Assembly (NCBI GenBank): GCA_964492935.1
Contig: CAZBLF010000001.1
Coordinates: 28,301 to 92,300, forward strand
Direction of reading: 5' to 3'
Length of the DNA: 64,000 nucleotides
Source of the DNA: an uncultured Methanosarcinales archaeon
Lineage (GTDB): Archaea > Nanobdellota > Nanobdellia > Woesearchaeales > JACPBV01
Position numbers and translations under genes: made by a program. Under the pieces are notes generated by a model. The model saw nothing but the letters and a program-made list of their open reading frames with translations. It had not been told where the DNA came from and did no database searches. Shown piece by piece: positions 47,798 to 58,341 of the stretch (its first letter is position 1; each line of letters opens with the position of its first letter).

Positions 47798-49516
47798 ATG
47801 ACTAAATATATTGTAGTAGCAGGTGGAGTTATTTCCGGCGTCGGAAAAGGAGTAACTACTGCTTCTCTGGGAAAAATTTTGAAGGAGTATGGCTATAGTG
47901 TTACTGCTGTTAAGATTGACCCCTACATGAATTATGATGCTGGTACGTTGCGTCCAACCGAACACGGAGAGGTGTGGGTGACGGACGATGGCGGGGAGAT
48001 TGATCAGGATTTGGGTAATTATGAGCGATTTTTAGATATGGCTATTCCTAAGAGAAATAACTTGACGACGGGACAGATTTACAAGACGATTATTGACAAG
48101 GAAAGAGCAGGTGGTTACCTGGGCGAGACCGTTCAATTCATTCCGCACGTTCCGAATGAGATTAAACGTCGCGTTACGGAGGCTGCCGAAGGTTTTGATA
48201 TTTGCTTGATTGAGATTGGCGGTACGATTGGCGATTTTGAAAATATTGCTTACCTTTTCGCGATGAAATCGTTGGAAAGAGAGTTGGGAAAGGAAAATAT
48301 TACTTACATGCTTGTTACGTATCTGCCGATTCCTTCACATATTGAGGAGATGAAGACGAAACCTACGCAGCAGGCGATTCGATTGTTGAGTGAGAATGGA
48401 ATTTGGCCGGATTTTATTGTGTGTCGAGCGGCTCGGGCGTTAGATGATGTTCGAAAGGGAAAGATTGAGGTGATGGCGAACATTCCACTAGATCATATTA
48501 TTTCTGAGCCAGATATTGATACTATTTATCGTATTCCTTTAGATTTAGAAAAAGAGGAGATGGGGTTGAAGGTGCTGAAGCAGTTGCATTTGAAGCCAAA
48601 GCAGAAACCTAATTGGAAAAACTGGGAGAAACTGGTTGCTGGAATTACTGATCCTAAGAAAGAGGTTACGATTGGGATTGTTGGAAAGTATTTAGACATT
48701 GGCGATTACACGTTGGCTGATTCGTATATCTCTATTAATCAGGCTCTTGTGCATGTTGGGGCTGCGTTAGGTGTTAAGATTACGATTTTCTGGGTCGATA
48801 GTAAGGAATTTGAGCAGCACCCGGAGAAGGTGAAATCGATTGGTAACTATGATGGTATTATTGTTCCTGGTGGTTTTGGTACTTCGGGAATTGAAGGTAA
48901 GATTGCTGCGATTAAGTATGCACGAGAACATGATATTCCTTTCCTGGGTCTTTGTTATGGATTGCAGCTTGCGATTGTTGAATTTGCGCGGAATGTGTGC
49001 GGGATTAGTGGCGCACACACGGTCGAGGTTGAGGAAGGGTGTAGTGATCCGGTTATTGCTATACAAGAAAGTCAGCGTAAAATTGTTGAAGAGCGGAAAT
49101 ATGGTGGGACGATGAGATTGGGTGCGTATGCTGCGGTGCTGAAGAAGGGCTCGCAGGTTGCTGCATTGTATAAGGAAACGGATCGAGATGATAAAGATTC
49201 TAAACGTATTAAGGAATTGCAGAAAGAGGGAGATCAGGAGTTTAGAATTGGGATATTAGGCCATGGTTCTGTTGTGTTAGAAAGACATCGACACCGATAT
49301 GAGGTTAATCCGGAATATATTGATCGGATTGAGTCGAAAGGATTGATGTTTTCTGGTCATCACGAGCGTGAAGATGGTACTTTGTTGATGGAGTTCATTG
49401 AGTTGCCCTCTAATAAGTTTCATATTGGGACGCAGGCACATCCTGAATTTAAGAGTAATCTAGAGGATCCAGCACCGTTGTTCTTAGGGTTTATTGAAGC
49501 TGCACTGCGGAAGTAG
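47798..49516 (+). CDS. pyrG: CTP synthase
   Basis: MTKYIVVAGGVISGVGKG is the synthetase-domain N-terminus. The C-terminal GATase domain carries GLCYGLQ. Confidence 0.95.
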   Translation: MTKYIVVAGGVISGVGKGVTTASLGKILKEYGYSVTAVKIDPYMNYDAGTLRPTEHGEVWVTDDGGEIDQDLGNYERFLDMAIPKRNNLTTGQIYKTIIDKERAGGYLGETVQFIPHVPNEIKRRVTEAAEGFDICLIEIGGTIGDFENIAYLFAMKSLERELGKENITYMLVTYLPIPSHIEEMKTKPTQQAIRLLSENGIWPDFIVCRAARALDDVRKGKIEVMANIPLDHIISEPDIDTIYRIPLDLEKEEMGLKVLKQLHLKPKQKPNWKNWEKLVAGITDPKKEVTIGIVGKYLDIGDYTLADSYISINQALVHVGAALGVKITIFWVDSKEFEQHPEKVKSIGNYDGIIVPGGFGTSGIEGKIAAIKYAREHDIPFLGLCYGLQLAIVEFARNVCGISGAHTVEVEEGCSDPVIAIQESQRKIVEERKYGGTMRLGAYAAVLKKGSQVAALYKETDRDDKDSKRIKELQKEGDQEFRIGILGHGSVVLERHRHRYEVNPEYIDRIESKGLMFSGHHEREDGTLLMEFIELPSNKFHIGTQAHPEFKSNLEDPAPLFLGFIEAALRK

Positions 49517-49564
49517 TCCAAAAGTTTATTAATGGCTGGTTTTTCCTTCACAAAAGGGGAGTAG

Positions 49565-50728
49565 ATGGAAGAACATACTAAAGAAGAGCATTCTGATTCA
49601 GATTCGCATGAGGTGTCTCGTGAGGAATCTTCTGAGGAGACGGTTTCTGTTGTTGAGTCTTCTGAAAAGGTTTCTATTGACGTTTCTGAACCGATTGAAA
49701 AGGAATCTGTTGAGATGGAGGAGGAATCTTCTGAGCATGTTGAGAAAAAGCATGTTGAGCATGAGGTAAAGCATGTCGAGAAGAAAGAAGAGCATGTTCA
49801 TCATGAGAAAAAGCATCACGAATCTCGGAAATCGTTTGGTGAAGGAATTTTACACTTCTTTGATAAGAACTACAAGGTATTGATGATTATTCCGTTCTTG
49901 CTGTTATTTGTTGGTTTGGTGCTCGTTGGAGGTAAGATTGTTACCGATGGCACGTTTGTGGAGAAAGATGTTAGTTTGAAGGGTGGTGTTACGGTTACGG
50001 TTACTCCTAAACAAACTGTAGATGCATCTGCATTGGAACAGTTATTGTTGAGTCAGTATGTAGGTAATGATATTTCTATTCGCACGTTGCGAGGTCAGGG
50101 TGTTACTTCTCTTGCTATAAGCTCAGATATTGATGGAACGGAAAACGATGCGGTTGATGCGTTTCTCGCTGCTATTTCAGCAGGCATAGGCGAGGAGTTG
50201 ACGGATAATTATAGCGTTGAAATTATTGGATCTTCTTTGGGTGCGAGTTTCTTTAAGGAGACGTTGACTGCGTTATTTATTGCATTTATTCTAATGAGTT
50301 TGATTGTGTTTATTTACTTCAGGAGTTTTGTTCCGAGTATTGCTGTTATTTTAGCTGCGTTTAGTGATATTGTTGTGACGTTGGCTATTGTTAATGTGAT
50401 GGGGATGAAACTAGGTGCTGGAGGGATTGCTGCGTTTTTGATGCTGATTGGGTATTCGGTGGATACGGATATGTTGTTGACCACGCGTATGATTAAAAGA
50501 CGTGAAGGCAGTGCTTTTGAACGTGCAATTGGAGCATTTAAGACAGGGATGATGATGAACTTTACAACGATGGCCGGTATTGTGGCTGCATTATTCTTTG
50601 TGCAGAGCGAAACGATTCGGCAGATTTTGACGATTGTGTTGATTGGATTGTTGGTAGATATTGTGTTTACCTGGATTCAGAATGTTGGCATTTTACGGTG
50701 GCATCTTGATAGGAAGGTGAAACATTGA
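49565..50728 (+). CDS. secF: Protein-export membrane protein SecF with N-terminal His/Glu/Ser-rich extension
   Basis: A roughly 100-aa acidic His-rich N-terminal tail is followed by one TM helix, a small periplasmic domain and a C-terminal multi-TM region. It lies directly upstream of secD. Confidence 0.75.
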   Translation: MEEHTKEEHSDSDSHEVSREESSEETVSVVESSEKVSIDVSEPIEKESVEMEEESSEHVEKKHVEHEVKHVEKKEEHVHHEKKHHESRKSFGEGILHFFDKNYKVLMIIPFLLLFVGLVLVGGKIVTDGTFVEKDVSLKGGVTVTVTPKQTVDASALEQLLLSQYVGNDISIRTLRGQGVTSLAISSDIDGTENDAVDAFLAAISAGIGEELTDNYSVEIIGSSLGASFFKETLTALFIAFILMSLIVFIYFRSFVPSIAVILAAFSDIVVTLAIVNVMGMKLGAGGIAAFLMLIGYSVDTDMLLTTRMIKRREGSAFERAIGAFKTGMMMNFTTMAGIVAALFFVQSETIRQILTIVLIGLLVDIVFTWIQNVGILRWHLDRKVKH

Positions 50729-52452
50729 TGCGCGGTAGATTTGGCAAATTGTTCAAGAATCTGAGAGTGGTTGTGCTGATTATTTGTTTGATCTTGGCGA
50801 TTTCTGCCATTAGACCTAACCCATTACAGGAGGGTGTTGCTATTCGTACCATTCTTTCTAATTCATCGACTAACTTGGCAGGGATGCAGAGTCCGAAGCC
50901 GAATCTGCCGCCGATGTCACGGGAGATTGTAACAGCGATCAACAATAGAGATATTACTTCGGTAGAGGACTATGAGGAAGCTATTGGACTGGCTAGAATT
51001 AACACGAGTATGCAGATTCGAACGAATCAGGGATTGTATCGAGTTATTCCGAAAGAAGGCTTTATTCAGGTCGAGACAAATGAGACGGTTTTTGCGCAGG
51101 TAGCGGTTATTCGGGAGATTTTTGAGAATCAAAATGGCAGCATGATTGCGGTTAATAAGACCTTTAACGAGACGCAGGAGATTCCTAAGGTCATTGATGT
51201 GAGTTCCGGTATAGCAGATATTGGATTACGTGTGTATGATGCTCCGCTTTCGAATATTCGAAAGGGTTTGGACTTACAGGGTGGAACTCGAGTGATGTTG
51301 CAACCAGAAAAGAAGTTGAATGCAGAGGATATGGACAATTTGCTTGCCGTTATGAAAGAGCGGCTTAATGTCTATGGATTGAGTGATTTGGTCATTCGAG
51401 AGGCCGGTGATTTATCGGGTGGTCAATTTGTTTTAGTTGAGATTGCTGGTGCAACTGAAGAGGAAGTTAAGACGTTGTTGGCCCAGCAAGGTAAGTTTGA
51501 AGCTAGCATAAGTGGCCAGACCGTATTTAGTGGCGGTAAGGATATTACGTTTGTTTGTAGAAGTCCTGACTGTTCTGGTTTGGATCCTTCTCGCGGCTGT
51601 CAAGATTTAGGCGAGGGATGGTTCTGTAGATTTAGATTTTCGATTTCGATGACACCTGAAGCTGCTCAGCGACAGGCTGATGCTACTGCGAATCTCGAGG
51701 TTATTACTGAAAGTGGTTCACAATTTTTGAGTGAGGATATTGTACTGTATTTGGATGATCGAGAGGTTGATCGATTGCGGATTGGTGCTGAATTGAAAGG
51801 GAGCGCTGATACTGGTATTCAGATCTCCGGTTCTGGTGTAGGGGTTACGGAGCAGGAGGCTGCGGTTAACTCGTTACAGAACATGAAGCGGTTGCAGACT
51901 ATTATGATTACGGGGTCACTACCTTATAAATTGGATATTGTTAAGGTTGATTCGTTGTCTCCTTTGTTGGGACAGGACTTGTTGAATAATGCATTATTTA
52001 TTGGATTGATTGCTATTTTAGTTATTGCGTTATGTATCTATATTCGCTATCGTAAGTTGCAGGTGGTGATTCCTTTACTTATTACCTCGTTTTCGGAACT
52101 TATTATTTTGATGGGGGTTGCTGCTTTGATCGGCTGGAACATTGATTTGGCTGCGATTGCAGGTATTATTATAGCAATTGGAACGGGAGTGGATCATCAG
52201 ATTTTAATTACGGATGAGACGTTGAAGGGCGAGATTAAGCAGATCTTTAACTGGCGTGAGAGAATTAAGGGAGCGTTCTTCATTATCATGGGTGCTTATC
52301 TGACGACGTTAGCGGCGATGTTCCCGTTAGTGTTTGCGGGTGCAGGATTGCTGAAGGGATTCGCAATTATTACGATGATTGGTGTGAGTATCGGAGTCTT
52401 TATTACTCGGCCTGCGTATGCAGCAATGGTTGAGATTTTGTTAAAAGAATAA
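50725..52452 (+). CDS. secD: Protein-export membrane protein SecD
   Basis: 575 aa. An N-terminal TM helix, a large periplasmic domain and six C-terminal TM helices. The start overlaps the secF stop (ATGA). Confidence 0.75.
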   Translation: MMRGRFGKLFKNLRVVVLIICLILAISAIRPNPLQEGVAIRTILSNSSTNLAGMQSPKPNLPPMSREIVTAINNRDITSVEDYEEAIGLARINTSMQIRTNQGLYRVIPKEGFIQVETNETVFAQVAVIREIFENQNGSMIAVNKTFNETQEIPKVIDVSSGIADIGLRVYDAPLSNIRKGLDLQGGTRVMLQPEKKLNAEDMDNLLAVMKERLNVYGLSDLVIREAGDLSGGQFVLVEIAGATEEEVKTLLAQQGKFEASISGQTVFSGGKDITFVCRSPDCSGLDPSRGCQDLGEGWFCRFRFSISMTPEAAQRQADATANLEVITESGSQFLSEDIVLYLDDREVDRLRIGAELKGSADTGIQISGSGVGVTEQEAAVNSLQNMKRLQTIMITGSLPYKLDIVKVDSLSPLLGQDLLNNALFIGLIAILVIALCIYIRYRKLQVVIPLLITSFSELIILMGVAALIGWNIDLAAIAGIIIAIGTGVDHQILITDETLKGEIKQIFNWRERIKGAFFIIMGAYLTTLAAMFPLVFAGAGLLKGFAIITMIGVSIGVFITRPAYAAMVEILLKE

Positions 52453-52829
52453 TGATGGATCGAACTATAAAAGCAATTTTCTTGATGCTGATTACCACTC
52501 TTTTTACTTCTGTTGCTCAGGTTCTGTATAAATTTGGTGCTGCATCGCTTTCTTTTTCTTTTTCTGGGATTTTATTTAATTATTATTTAATTGGTGGTTT
52601 AGTGCTGTATGGGATTGGTGCGGTGATTATGATTATTGCCTTTCGGAGTGCTGATGTCTCTTTGTTATATCCAGTGATTGCTACGTCTTATATTTGGGTT
52701 TCCTTGCTATCGTTATGGTTATTTAATGAGACGGTGAGTCTTTTGCATTGGTTCGGTATTGTGGTGATCATTATGGGCGTTGTGTTCGTTGGGTTGGGTT
52801 CAAAAACGGAGGTTGCGCATGGCAACTGA
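52452..52829 (+). CDS. Small 4-TM DMT-superfamily (SMR/EamA-half-like) membrane protein
   Basis: 125 aa with four hydrophobic helices. It is paired with a paralogue downstream. Confidence 0.5.
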   Translation: MMDRTIKAIFLMLITTLFTSVAQVLYKFGAASLSFSFSGILFNYYLIGGLVLYGIGAVIMIIAFRSADVSLLYPVIATSYIWVSLLSLWLFNETVSLLHWFGIVVIIMGVVFVGLGSKTEVAHGN

Positions 52830-53166
52830 GTTGTGGGCTATTGGTTTGGTGTTGCTGGCTGCCCTAGGGGGTTCGTTTGGCCCGATCTTTTTGAAAAAGG
52901 CGGCTGGTTCGATGCGGCTTCAGATTTCTAGCTTGTTGAATCCTAATTTACTGATTGGTTTGTTCTTTTATGGAATTGGTACGGTGCTCTTTATTCCTGC
53001 ATTGAAAGGTGGAGAATTATCTGTACTGTATCCGTTAATTTCTACGACCTATATTTGGGTTTCACTCTGGTCGATGCGGATGCTCGGCGAGAAAATGAAT
53101 TCTTTGAAATGGATCGGGGTTGCCTTGATTATGGGTGGCGTTTCGTTAATTGGATTGGGGATCTGA
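52819..53166 (+). CDS. Small 4-TM DMT-superfamily membrane protein (paralogue of preceding gene)
   Basis: GGAGGT at 52808 precedes ATG 52819, which overlaps the upstream stop by 11 nt. Its sequence is similar to the preceding gene. Confidence 0.5.
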   Translation: MATELWAIGLVLLAALGGSFGPIFLKKAAGSMRLQISSLLNPNLLIGLFFYGIGTVLFIPALKGGELSVLYPLISTTYIWVSLWSMRMLGEKMNSLKWIGVALIMGGVSLIGLGI

Positions 53167-53838
53167 GAAAATCACTTTCCAATATAATTGACGCATCTTC
53201 TTGAGTGTTTCAATTTCTCTTATGACTGCAGGATCATTCTTTTGCTCATTTACTGCTTCGACTCTAACTCTTTCCTCTTCTGTTGCTTCATCAAGTTCTA
53301 CATTGGCAAGTATGGATGTCCATCGAGAAATACCTCTTAGATTGTGTTCATCTTCTTTATCAGCTGATAACGCCTCACTTAAGGAGGAATAAGTAGCTCT
53401 GGCTACAGTATTTCTAAAGAATCTCTCTTGAAGATTGGGCATTACTTCTCCGGCAGTCTTTTCTTCAGAATGGTCTATTGCTATTTGCGCAGCATGGGTA
53501 AAGTAGTTAAATCTGCTGTCACGATAGTTTCGAAGGTGAGCCATTACCTCATTAAATGGTTCTTGATATTTTTCTTTTAATGGATGGGTTGCAATGAGGG
53601 CTGAGAAACCTTCCATCTCCTCAATTTCGAGTTGAATATGGTTTGCGTCTATGAATCCATTTCCTGTAACGGGAAGTCTATTTACTTCACGATCTTGTTG
53701 ACTTAACAATTTAAAACAACCTCCAATATCGTCTTTCTGGAGTTCTGCAAACGTTCTAGCTATCTCGAATTTTGTTGGAGTCGTGCGCTCATAGAGTGGC
53801 CAGAGGGCTCTCATGAAGTTTTCCATTTGATCAGTCAT
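53146..53838 (-). CDS. Hypothetical protein
   Basis: 230 aa and helical. No recognised motif. Confidence 0.4.
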   Translation of the reverse strand: MTDQMENFMRALWPLYERTTPTKFEIARTFAELQKDDIGGCFKLLSQQDREVNRLPVTGNGFIDANHIQLEIEEMEGFSALIATHPLKEKYQEPFNEVMAHLRNYRDSRFNYFTHAAQIAIDHSEEKTAGEVMPNLQERFFRNTVARATYSSLSEALSADKEDEHNLRGISRWTSILANVELDEATEEERVRVEAVNEQKNDPAVIREIETLKKMRQLYWKVIFSDPQSN

Positions 53839-53872
53839 CCTGTTTAAGAACGTTTTTTTTATTTAAAAAACT

Positions 53873-54385
53873 TCACATATAATCTCTTAGTTTGTGCCTT
53901 CTATCTAGGTCCCAGAGCCAGACTAGTAAGATAATTGCGTCTAGGCCTTGGATTAGGGAGGGCCAGTTGAGCTTTCCTAATAAGTTTAGACCGTACTGGG
54001 CTTGGGAGAAGGGATAGAATAGGGGGACGAAGCCGGTGAGAATCCCATCTAGCAGTAGATGTGATGCGAAGCCGAAGGTGATGACTGCGAACAGGAGTGC
54101 TAGATTTTTCTTTTTGGAGAAATAGAGTAGGGCTAGGGTTATTGCTAATGTGGTTAGGGGCAGAAATAACGAATGGGTCATCGTTCGATGGAACCATTCT
54201 ACCTGAAATCCGAGAACATTTTTGAGGAGCCAGTATATTGGAATGTCGGCATCCGGAAGTAAACTGGCGACCCCACCAATAAAAATGTAATGCAGAGGCA
54301 GTTTTTTCTTGTCCTTTATCACGTATCCTCGAATGAGATCGAGTAGGATGATGGCAAACAGGACGTGAGCAACTGCCTGTGGCAT
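53873..54385 (-). CDS. Membrane-bound metal-dependent hydrolase (YdjM/DUF457-like)
   Basis: 170 aa polytopic protein with His/Asp-rich motifs LPDADIP and HRTMTHS. Confidence 0.55.
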   Translation of the reverse strand: MPQAVAHVLFAIILLDLIRGYVIKDKKKLPLHYIFIGGVASLLPDADIPIYWLLKNVLGFQVEWFHRTMTHSLFLPLTTLAITLALLYFSKKKNLALLFAVITFGFASHLLLDGILTGFVPLFYPFSQAQYGLNLLGKLNWPSLIQGLDAIILLVWLWDLDRRHKLRDYM

Positions 54386-54801
54386 TATCTCAGTTTCTTA
54401 AGCGCTCTTTTTGCTTTAGAGGAGGCTTTTTTAACCGCTTTCTTGCCCGTCTTTCTTGCTTTTTTAGCAGCACTTCCCATGATTTTCTTTCCTCGGGCGT
54501 GGGCTTTCTTTGCCGCTTGTTTTACCTTTACACTTCCGGCAACTTTTGCTTTTTTGACAGCCTTCTTAACTGTTTTCTTTGCGAGTTTAGATTGAGTCTT
54601 GATGTGTTTTTCTACAAGCTTTCTGAAGTTCTTTGCTTCCGCTTTTGCTTGCTTCGAGATGGAGGCTACGAGTTTTGTTGCTTCCTTCTTCGTTAGCACA
54701 CCCTTCTTAGTCGCATGCTTTGCGTATTTTCTAACTTCGGTGTGAGCTATAGATGCTACGCCAACCGCCGTTAACAATGCTTTTTTTATTTTTTTGTCCA
54801 T
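54385..54801 (-). CDS. Lys/Ala-rich highly basic protein (histone H1-like / nucleoid-associated candidate)
   Basis: 138 aa, about 30% Lys, with AKKA/KKAVKKA repeats. It has no hydrophobic core beyond the N-terminal 20 aa. Confidence 0.5.
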   Translation of the reverse strand: MDKKIKKALLTAVGVASIAHTEVRKYAKHATKKGVLTKKEATKLVASISKQAKAEAKNFRKLVEKHIKTQSKLAKKTVKKAVKKAKVAGSVKVKQAAKKAHARGKKIMGSAAKKARKTGKKAVKKASSKAKRALKKLR

Positions 54802-54869
54802 TTCAAAACCTCCGGTTTAGTAATACTTTTCAAATCAAAGATTTGCAAAGCTTGATGGGCACCTCTTTT

Positions 54870-56519
54870 TTAGTTATTTCCTTCTTTAAGGATGGAACGT
54901 AATAATGCTAGACTTACGAGCAGTGCTAGCAGGAAGCTGATTAATGATGCAATGGGGAAGCCGCCCCATACGATGGTACCGATATCTTTGACGATTCCTC
55001 CTGTAATGAGGAGTGATGCTATGATGATGCTGAACGTCATGCGATTGCTACTGGTGTAGATGTCGGATCCCAGTCTTTTTACATCGGTATCATCGATGTC
55101 GACTTTGATTTTTCCTTGTTGAATCTTTTGGAAGGTGCTATTTATTTTATCCGGTAGGCTGGAGAAGAATCTTTTGTAGGCATACATATCTTTTTTGACG
55201 TTTTTGGCCATATTTTGCATATTGAAATCTTTCTTTATTAATCTTTCTGCGTAGGGTCTTGCAGTTTCTACCAGTTTGAAGTCGGGGACAAACTGAAGTC
55301 CTACGCCTTCGATCGTTAGGACGGTTTTTCCGAAGAGGACGAAATCAACTGGCATTCTGATGTTGTGGTGTAGGGCAATGTCCAGTACCTCTTCTAGGAT
55401 CAGGCTGATTTTTGCTTCTTTAAGCGTCTGTTGTTGAATGGGCTCGATGACTTTCTTTACATCGCCCTTGAAGAGTTCTTTATTCGTATTTTTACCATCC
55501 ATTAATCCCATGGCGAGAAAGACGTCACAGATGTAGTCCATGTCGTCGTTGATAACTCCATAAAATAACTCTATGCTCTTCTTTTTTAGTTGTTTATTGA
55601 AATAACCCACAATCCCGAAATCGACGAGCGCTATCTTGTTTCCCGGGAGTACCAAAATGTTTCCGGGGTGGGGGTCGCCATGGAAGAAGCCGTCCTCGAA
55701 GACTTGCTTTAAGGTCATCTCAAATCCGTTCTTGACTATCTTTTTGAGATTGTAACTTTTTTTGTTCTTGAGTTTGTGGAGTTGATGTAGTTCTACGCCG
55801 TCTATAAATTCAAGTGTCAATATGCGCTCACTTGAGAAGGTGTTGTATACTTTAGGGATAACGAGCGTTTTTACGTGTTTAGCATTTTTTCGAAACCTTT
55901 TTGCGTTTTGGGCTTCCTTCCTAAAGTCGAGCTCTCGTAGCGTCCATTCCTCGAATTCCTTGATGATGCCGATGGGTCGATACCTCTGAAGATTTTTGTA
56001 GTGTTTTTCGGCGTACTTTGCTAGAGCATACATGATTTCGATGTCGGTCTTCATCTGTTTCTGGATGCCGGGGCGTTGGACTTTGACTGCTACAATATCA
56101 TCATTAGGAAGCGTTGCTTTGTAGACTTGTGAGACGGATGCTGCTGCAATTGGTTTTTTGTTGAATTTTTTGAAAAGTTCTTTGAGTGATTTCTTGAGTT
56201 CTTTTTCGATTGTTTGTTTTGCGTCTTCATAAGGGAATTCGGGGACGTCATCTTGTAGATTGCTGAGTTCTCGTACATATTTCAGCGGGATGAGGTCGGG
56301 TCTTAAACTTAGAATCTGGCCGAGCTTGATGAATGTCGGTCCGAGTTGTTCTAATGTTCTTCGGAATCTTTCTTCAGGTTTTAATGGTAGTTTTGTTTCG
56401 CCTTTTGGTTGTAATGCTTTCGGTGTAATCTTTGTGAGATAATAACCGAATCCTTCTTTGATGAGAATTCCTACTATGGTTTTGAATCGTTTAAGATCTC
56501 TTAGTTTTTTGGTGTTCAT
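54870..56519 (-). CDS. ABC1/UbiB-family atypical protein kinase
   Basis: Motifs IAAASVSQVYKATL, VAVKVQRPGI and FFHGDPHPGNILV are ABC1/ADCK features. A C-terminal TM segment is present. Confidence 0.85.
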   Translation of the reverse strand: MNTKKLRDLKRFKTIVGILIKEGFGYYLTKITPKALQPKGETKLPLKPEERFRRTLEQLGPTFIKLGQILSLRPDLIPLKYVRELSNLQDDVPEFPYEDAKQTIEKELKKSLKELFKKFNKKPIAAASVSQVYKATLPNDDIVAVKVQRPGIQKQMKTDIEIMYALAKYAEKHYKNLQRYRPIGIIKEFEEWTLRELDFRKEAQNAKRFRKNAKHVKTLVIPKVYNTFSSERILTLEFIDGVELHQLHKLKNKKSYNLKKIVKNGFEMTLKQVFEDGFFHGDPHPGNILVLPGNKIALVDFGIVGYFNKQLKKKSIELFYGVINDDMDYICDVFLAMGLMDGKNTNKELFKGDVKKVIEPIQQQTLKEAKISLILEEVLDIALHHNIRMPVDFVLFGKTVLTIEGVGLQFVPDFKLVETARPYAERLIKKDFNMQNMAKNVKKDMYAYKRFFSSLPDKINSTFQKIQQGKIKVDIDDTDVKRLGSDIYTSSNRMTFSIIIASLLITGGIVKDIGTIVWGGFPIASLISFLLALLVSLALLRSILKEGNN

Positions 56520-56815
56520 GTTTGTTCGTGAATCCAGGTATGATATGCTTCATTTGCTACGGCTGGAATGCTGAGAATGCAGGGGACGTCGTAAGAGTGT
56601 AATTTTTCAATTGCTTGTTCAATTGCTTTTTGGTGCTTGGATTGTGATTTGATTAGGATAGCAACTTCCTTTGCCTTTGTGTTCTTGTCTTTCCAGTTGA
56701 AGAACGAGTCGATGGCGAAGGCGTTGGTGCAGGCGGCTAGTTTGTTGTTTACTAGGTGGTTGCTTATCATTTTTGCCTCTTGATAATTCTTGCAGACTAC
56801 GTAAAGTAAGATCAT
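56516..56815 (-). CDS. cutA: Divalent-cation tolerance protein CutA
   Basis: 99 aa. LAACTNAF...SFFNWKDK...HSYDVPCILSIP...YHTWIHE aligns with the CutA1 core. Confidence 0.7.
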   Translation of the reverse strand: MILLYVVCKNYQEAKMISNHLVNNKLAACTNAFAIDSFFNWKDKNTKAKEVAILIKSQSKHQKAIEQAIEKLHSYDVPCILSIPAVANEAYHTWIHEQT

Positions 56816-56960
56816 AGCTGATTTTTGATTTCTTTGTATATTAACGTTTCGTCTTTGTAGTCACCGATACAAGATTAATCAACAGTAACATTTATAAAGC
56901 AACGGGAAATTCTCATAATAGTATTTTACACTCGATACATAAACAAAAGGTGATGATAAT

Positions 56961-58247
56961 ATGGCAAAAGATAAAACACACGTAAACTTGGTATTCGTAG
57001 GTCACGTTGATCACGGTAAATCTACTACAGTAGGTAGACTTTTATTCGATTCTGGTAACATTGATGAACAGGCAATGAGAAAGCTTAAGGAAAAGGCTGA
57101 AAGTCTTGGAAAGGGCGGATTCGAATTTGCTTTCGTTATGGACAACTTGAAGGAAGAGCAGGAAAGAGGAGTTACTATTGATCTTGCACACAAGAAGTTC
57201 GAAACCGACGCATACTACTTTACGATTATTGATGCTCCAGGGCACAAGGACTTTATTAAAAACATGATTACGGGAGCATCACAGGCTGACGCTGGTGTTT
57301 TAGTTGTTTCTGCAAATCCTAGTGATGGAGTGCAGGCACAGACTAAGGAACACGTTTTCTTGTGTAGAACTCTAGGTGTTAACCAGTTGATTGTTGCTGT
57401 GAACAAGATGGACATGGCAGAATATGGTGAAGACCGATACAACGAAGTTAAGAAACAAGTTTCTGAATTACTAACCAGTGTTGGTTACAAACCTGACGAA
57501 GTACCGTTTATCCCTGTTGCTTCCTTGCATGGAGATAACGTATACAACAAGTCTGATAAGATGGCTTGGTACACAGGAAACACCCTTCTTGAGCAGATTA
57601 ACGCTTTGAATGCACCTGAAAAACCTACGGATAAACCGTTAAGACTACCGATTCAGGATGTTTATAGCATCACCGGAATTGGTGTTGTTCCTGTAGGAAG
57701 AGTTGAAACAGGTGTTATGAAGATTGGCGATAAAGTTACCTTTATGCCAGGACGAGAAGGAAAAGGAGTTACCGGAGAATGTAAGACTGTAGAAATGCAT
57801 CACGAGCAGTTACAGAAAGCTGAACCTGGTGACAACATCGGTTTCAACGTCCGGGGTATTGAAAAGAAAGACATTGCTAGAGGAGATGTTCTAGGACATT
57901 CAGACAATCCTCCTACAGTGGCTACTGAATTTACTGCACAAATTGTTGTGCTTAACCATCCAAGTGTTGTGACGGTAGGATACACACCTGTATTCCACAT
58001 TCACACTGCACAGGTTGCTTGCCAAATCACGGCAATTGAAAAGAAACTGAATCCTGCTTCTGGAGAAGTTTTGGAAGAGAATCCAGACTTTATCAAGAAC
58101 GGGGATGCAGCTATTGTCAAGATAAAGCCTATCCAGCCTTTGGTTATTGAAAAACAAAGCGAAATTCCAGAAATGAGTAGATTTGCTATTCGAGATTCAG
58201 GTCAGACTGTATCAGCTGGAATGTGTATTGACCTGGTCAAGAAGTAA
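56961..58247 (+). CDS. tuf: Translation elongation factor 1-alpha (aEF-1alpha)
   Basis: [18 protein letters not shown] and NKMD are the G-domain motifs. A TATA-like catttataaa and an RBS-like aaaggtga lie upstream. Confidence 0.95.
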   Translation: MAKDKTHVNLVFVGHVDHGKSTTVGRLLFDSGNIDEQAMRKLKEKAESLGKGGFEFAFVMDNLKEEQERGVTIDLAHKKFETDAYYFTIIDAPGHKDFIKNMITGASQADAGVLVVSANPSDGVQAQTKEHVFLCRTLGVNQLIVAVNKMDMAEYGEDRYNEVKKQVSELLTSVGYKPDEVPFIPVASLHGDNVYNKSDKMAWYTGNTLLEQINALNAPEKPTDKPLRLPIQDVYSITGIGVVPVGRVETGVMKIGDKVTFMPGREGKGVTGECKTVEMHHEQLQKAEPGDNIGFNVRGIEKKDIARGDVLGHSDNPPTVATEFTAQIVVLNHPSVVTVGYTPVFHIHTAQVACQITAIEKKLNPASGEVLEENPDFIKNGDAAIVKIKPIQPLVIEKQSEIPEMSRFAIRDSGQTVSAGMCIDLVKK

Positions 58248-58341
58248 GTTTCGATCATCCTGAAAAGGCATGACGAGGAAAGGCTTGTCATGGGGCACAC
58301 CATTGCTTCACAATATATAGGGGATTATACGATAAACGAAC

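Noticed and set aside
54365-54696. The two plus-strand ORFs full of F/L/A/C repeats.
   Set aside because: They are the antisense of the Lys/Ala-rich gene. Low-complexity shadows of this kind are typical artefacts.
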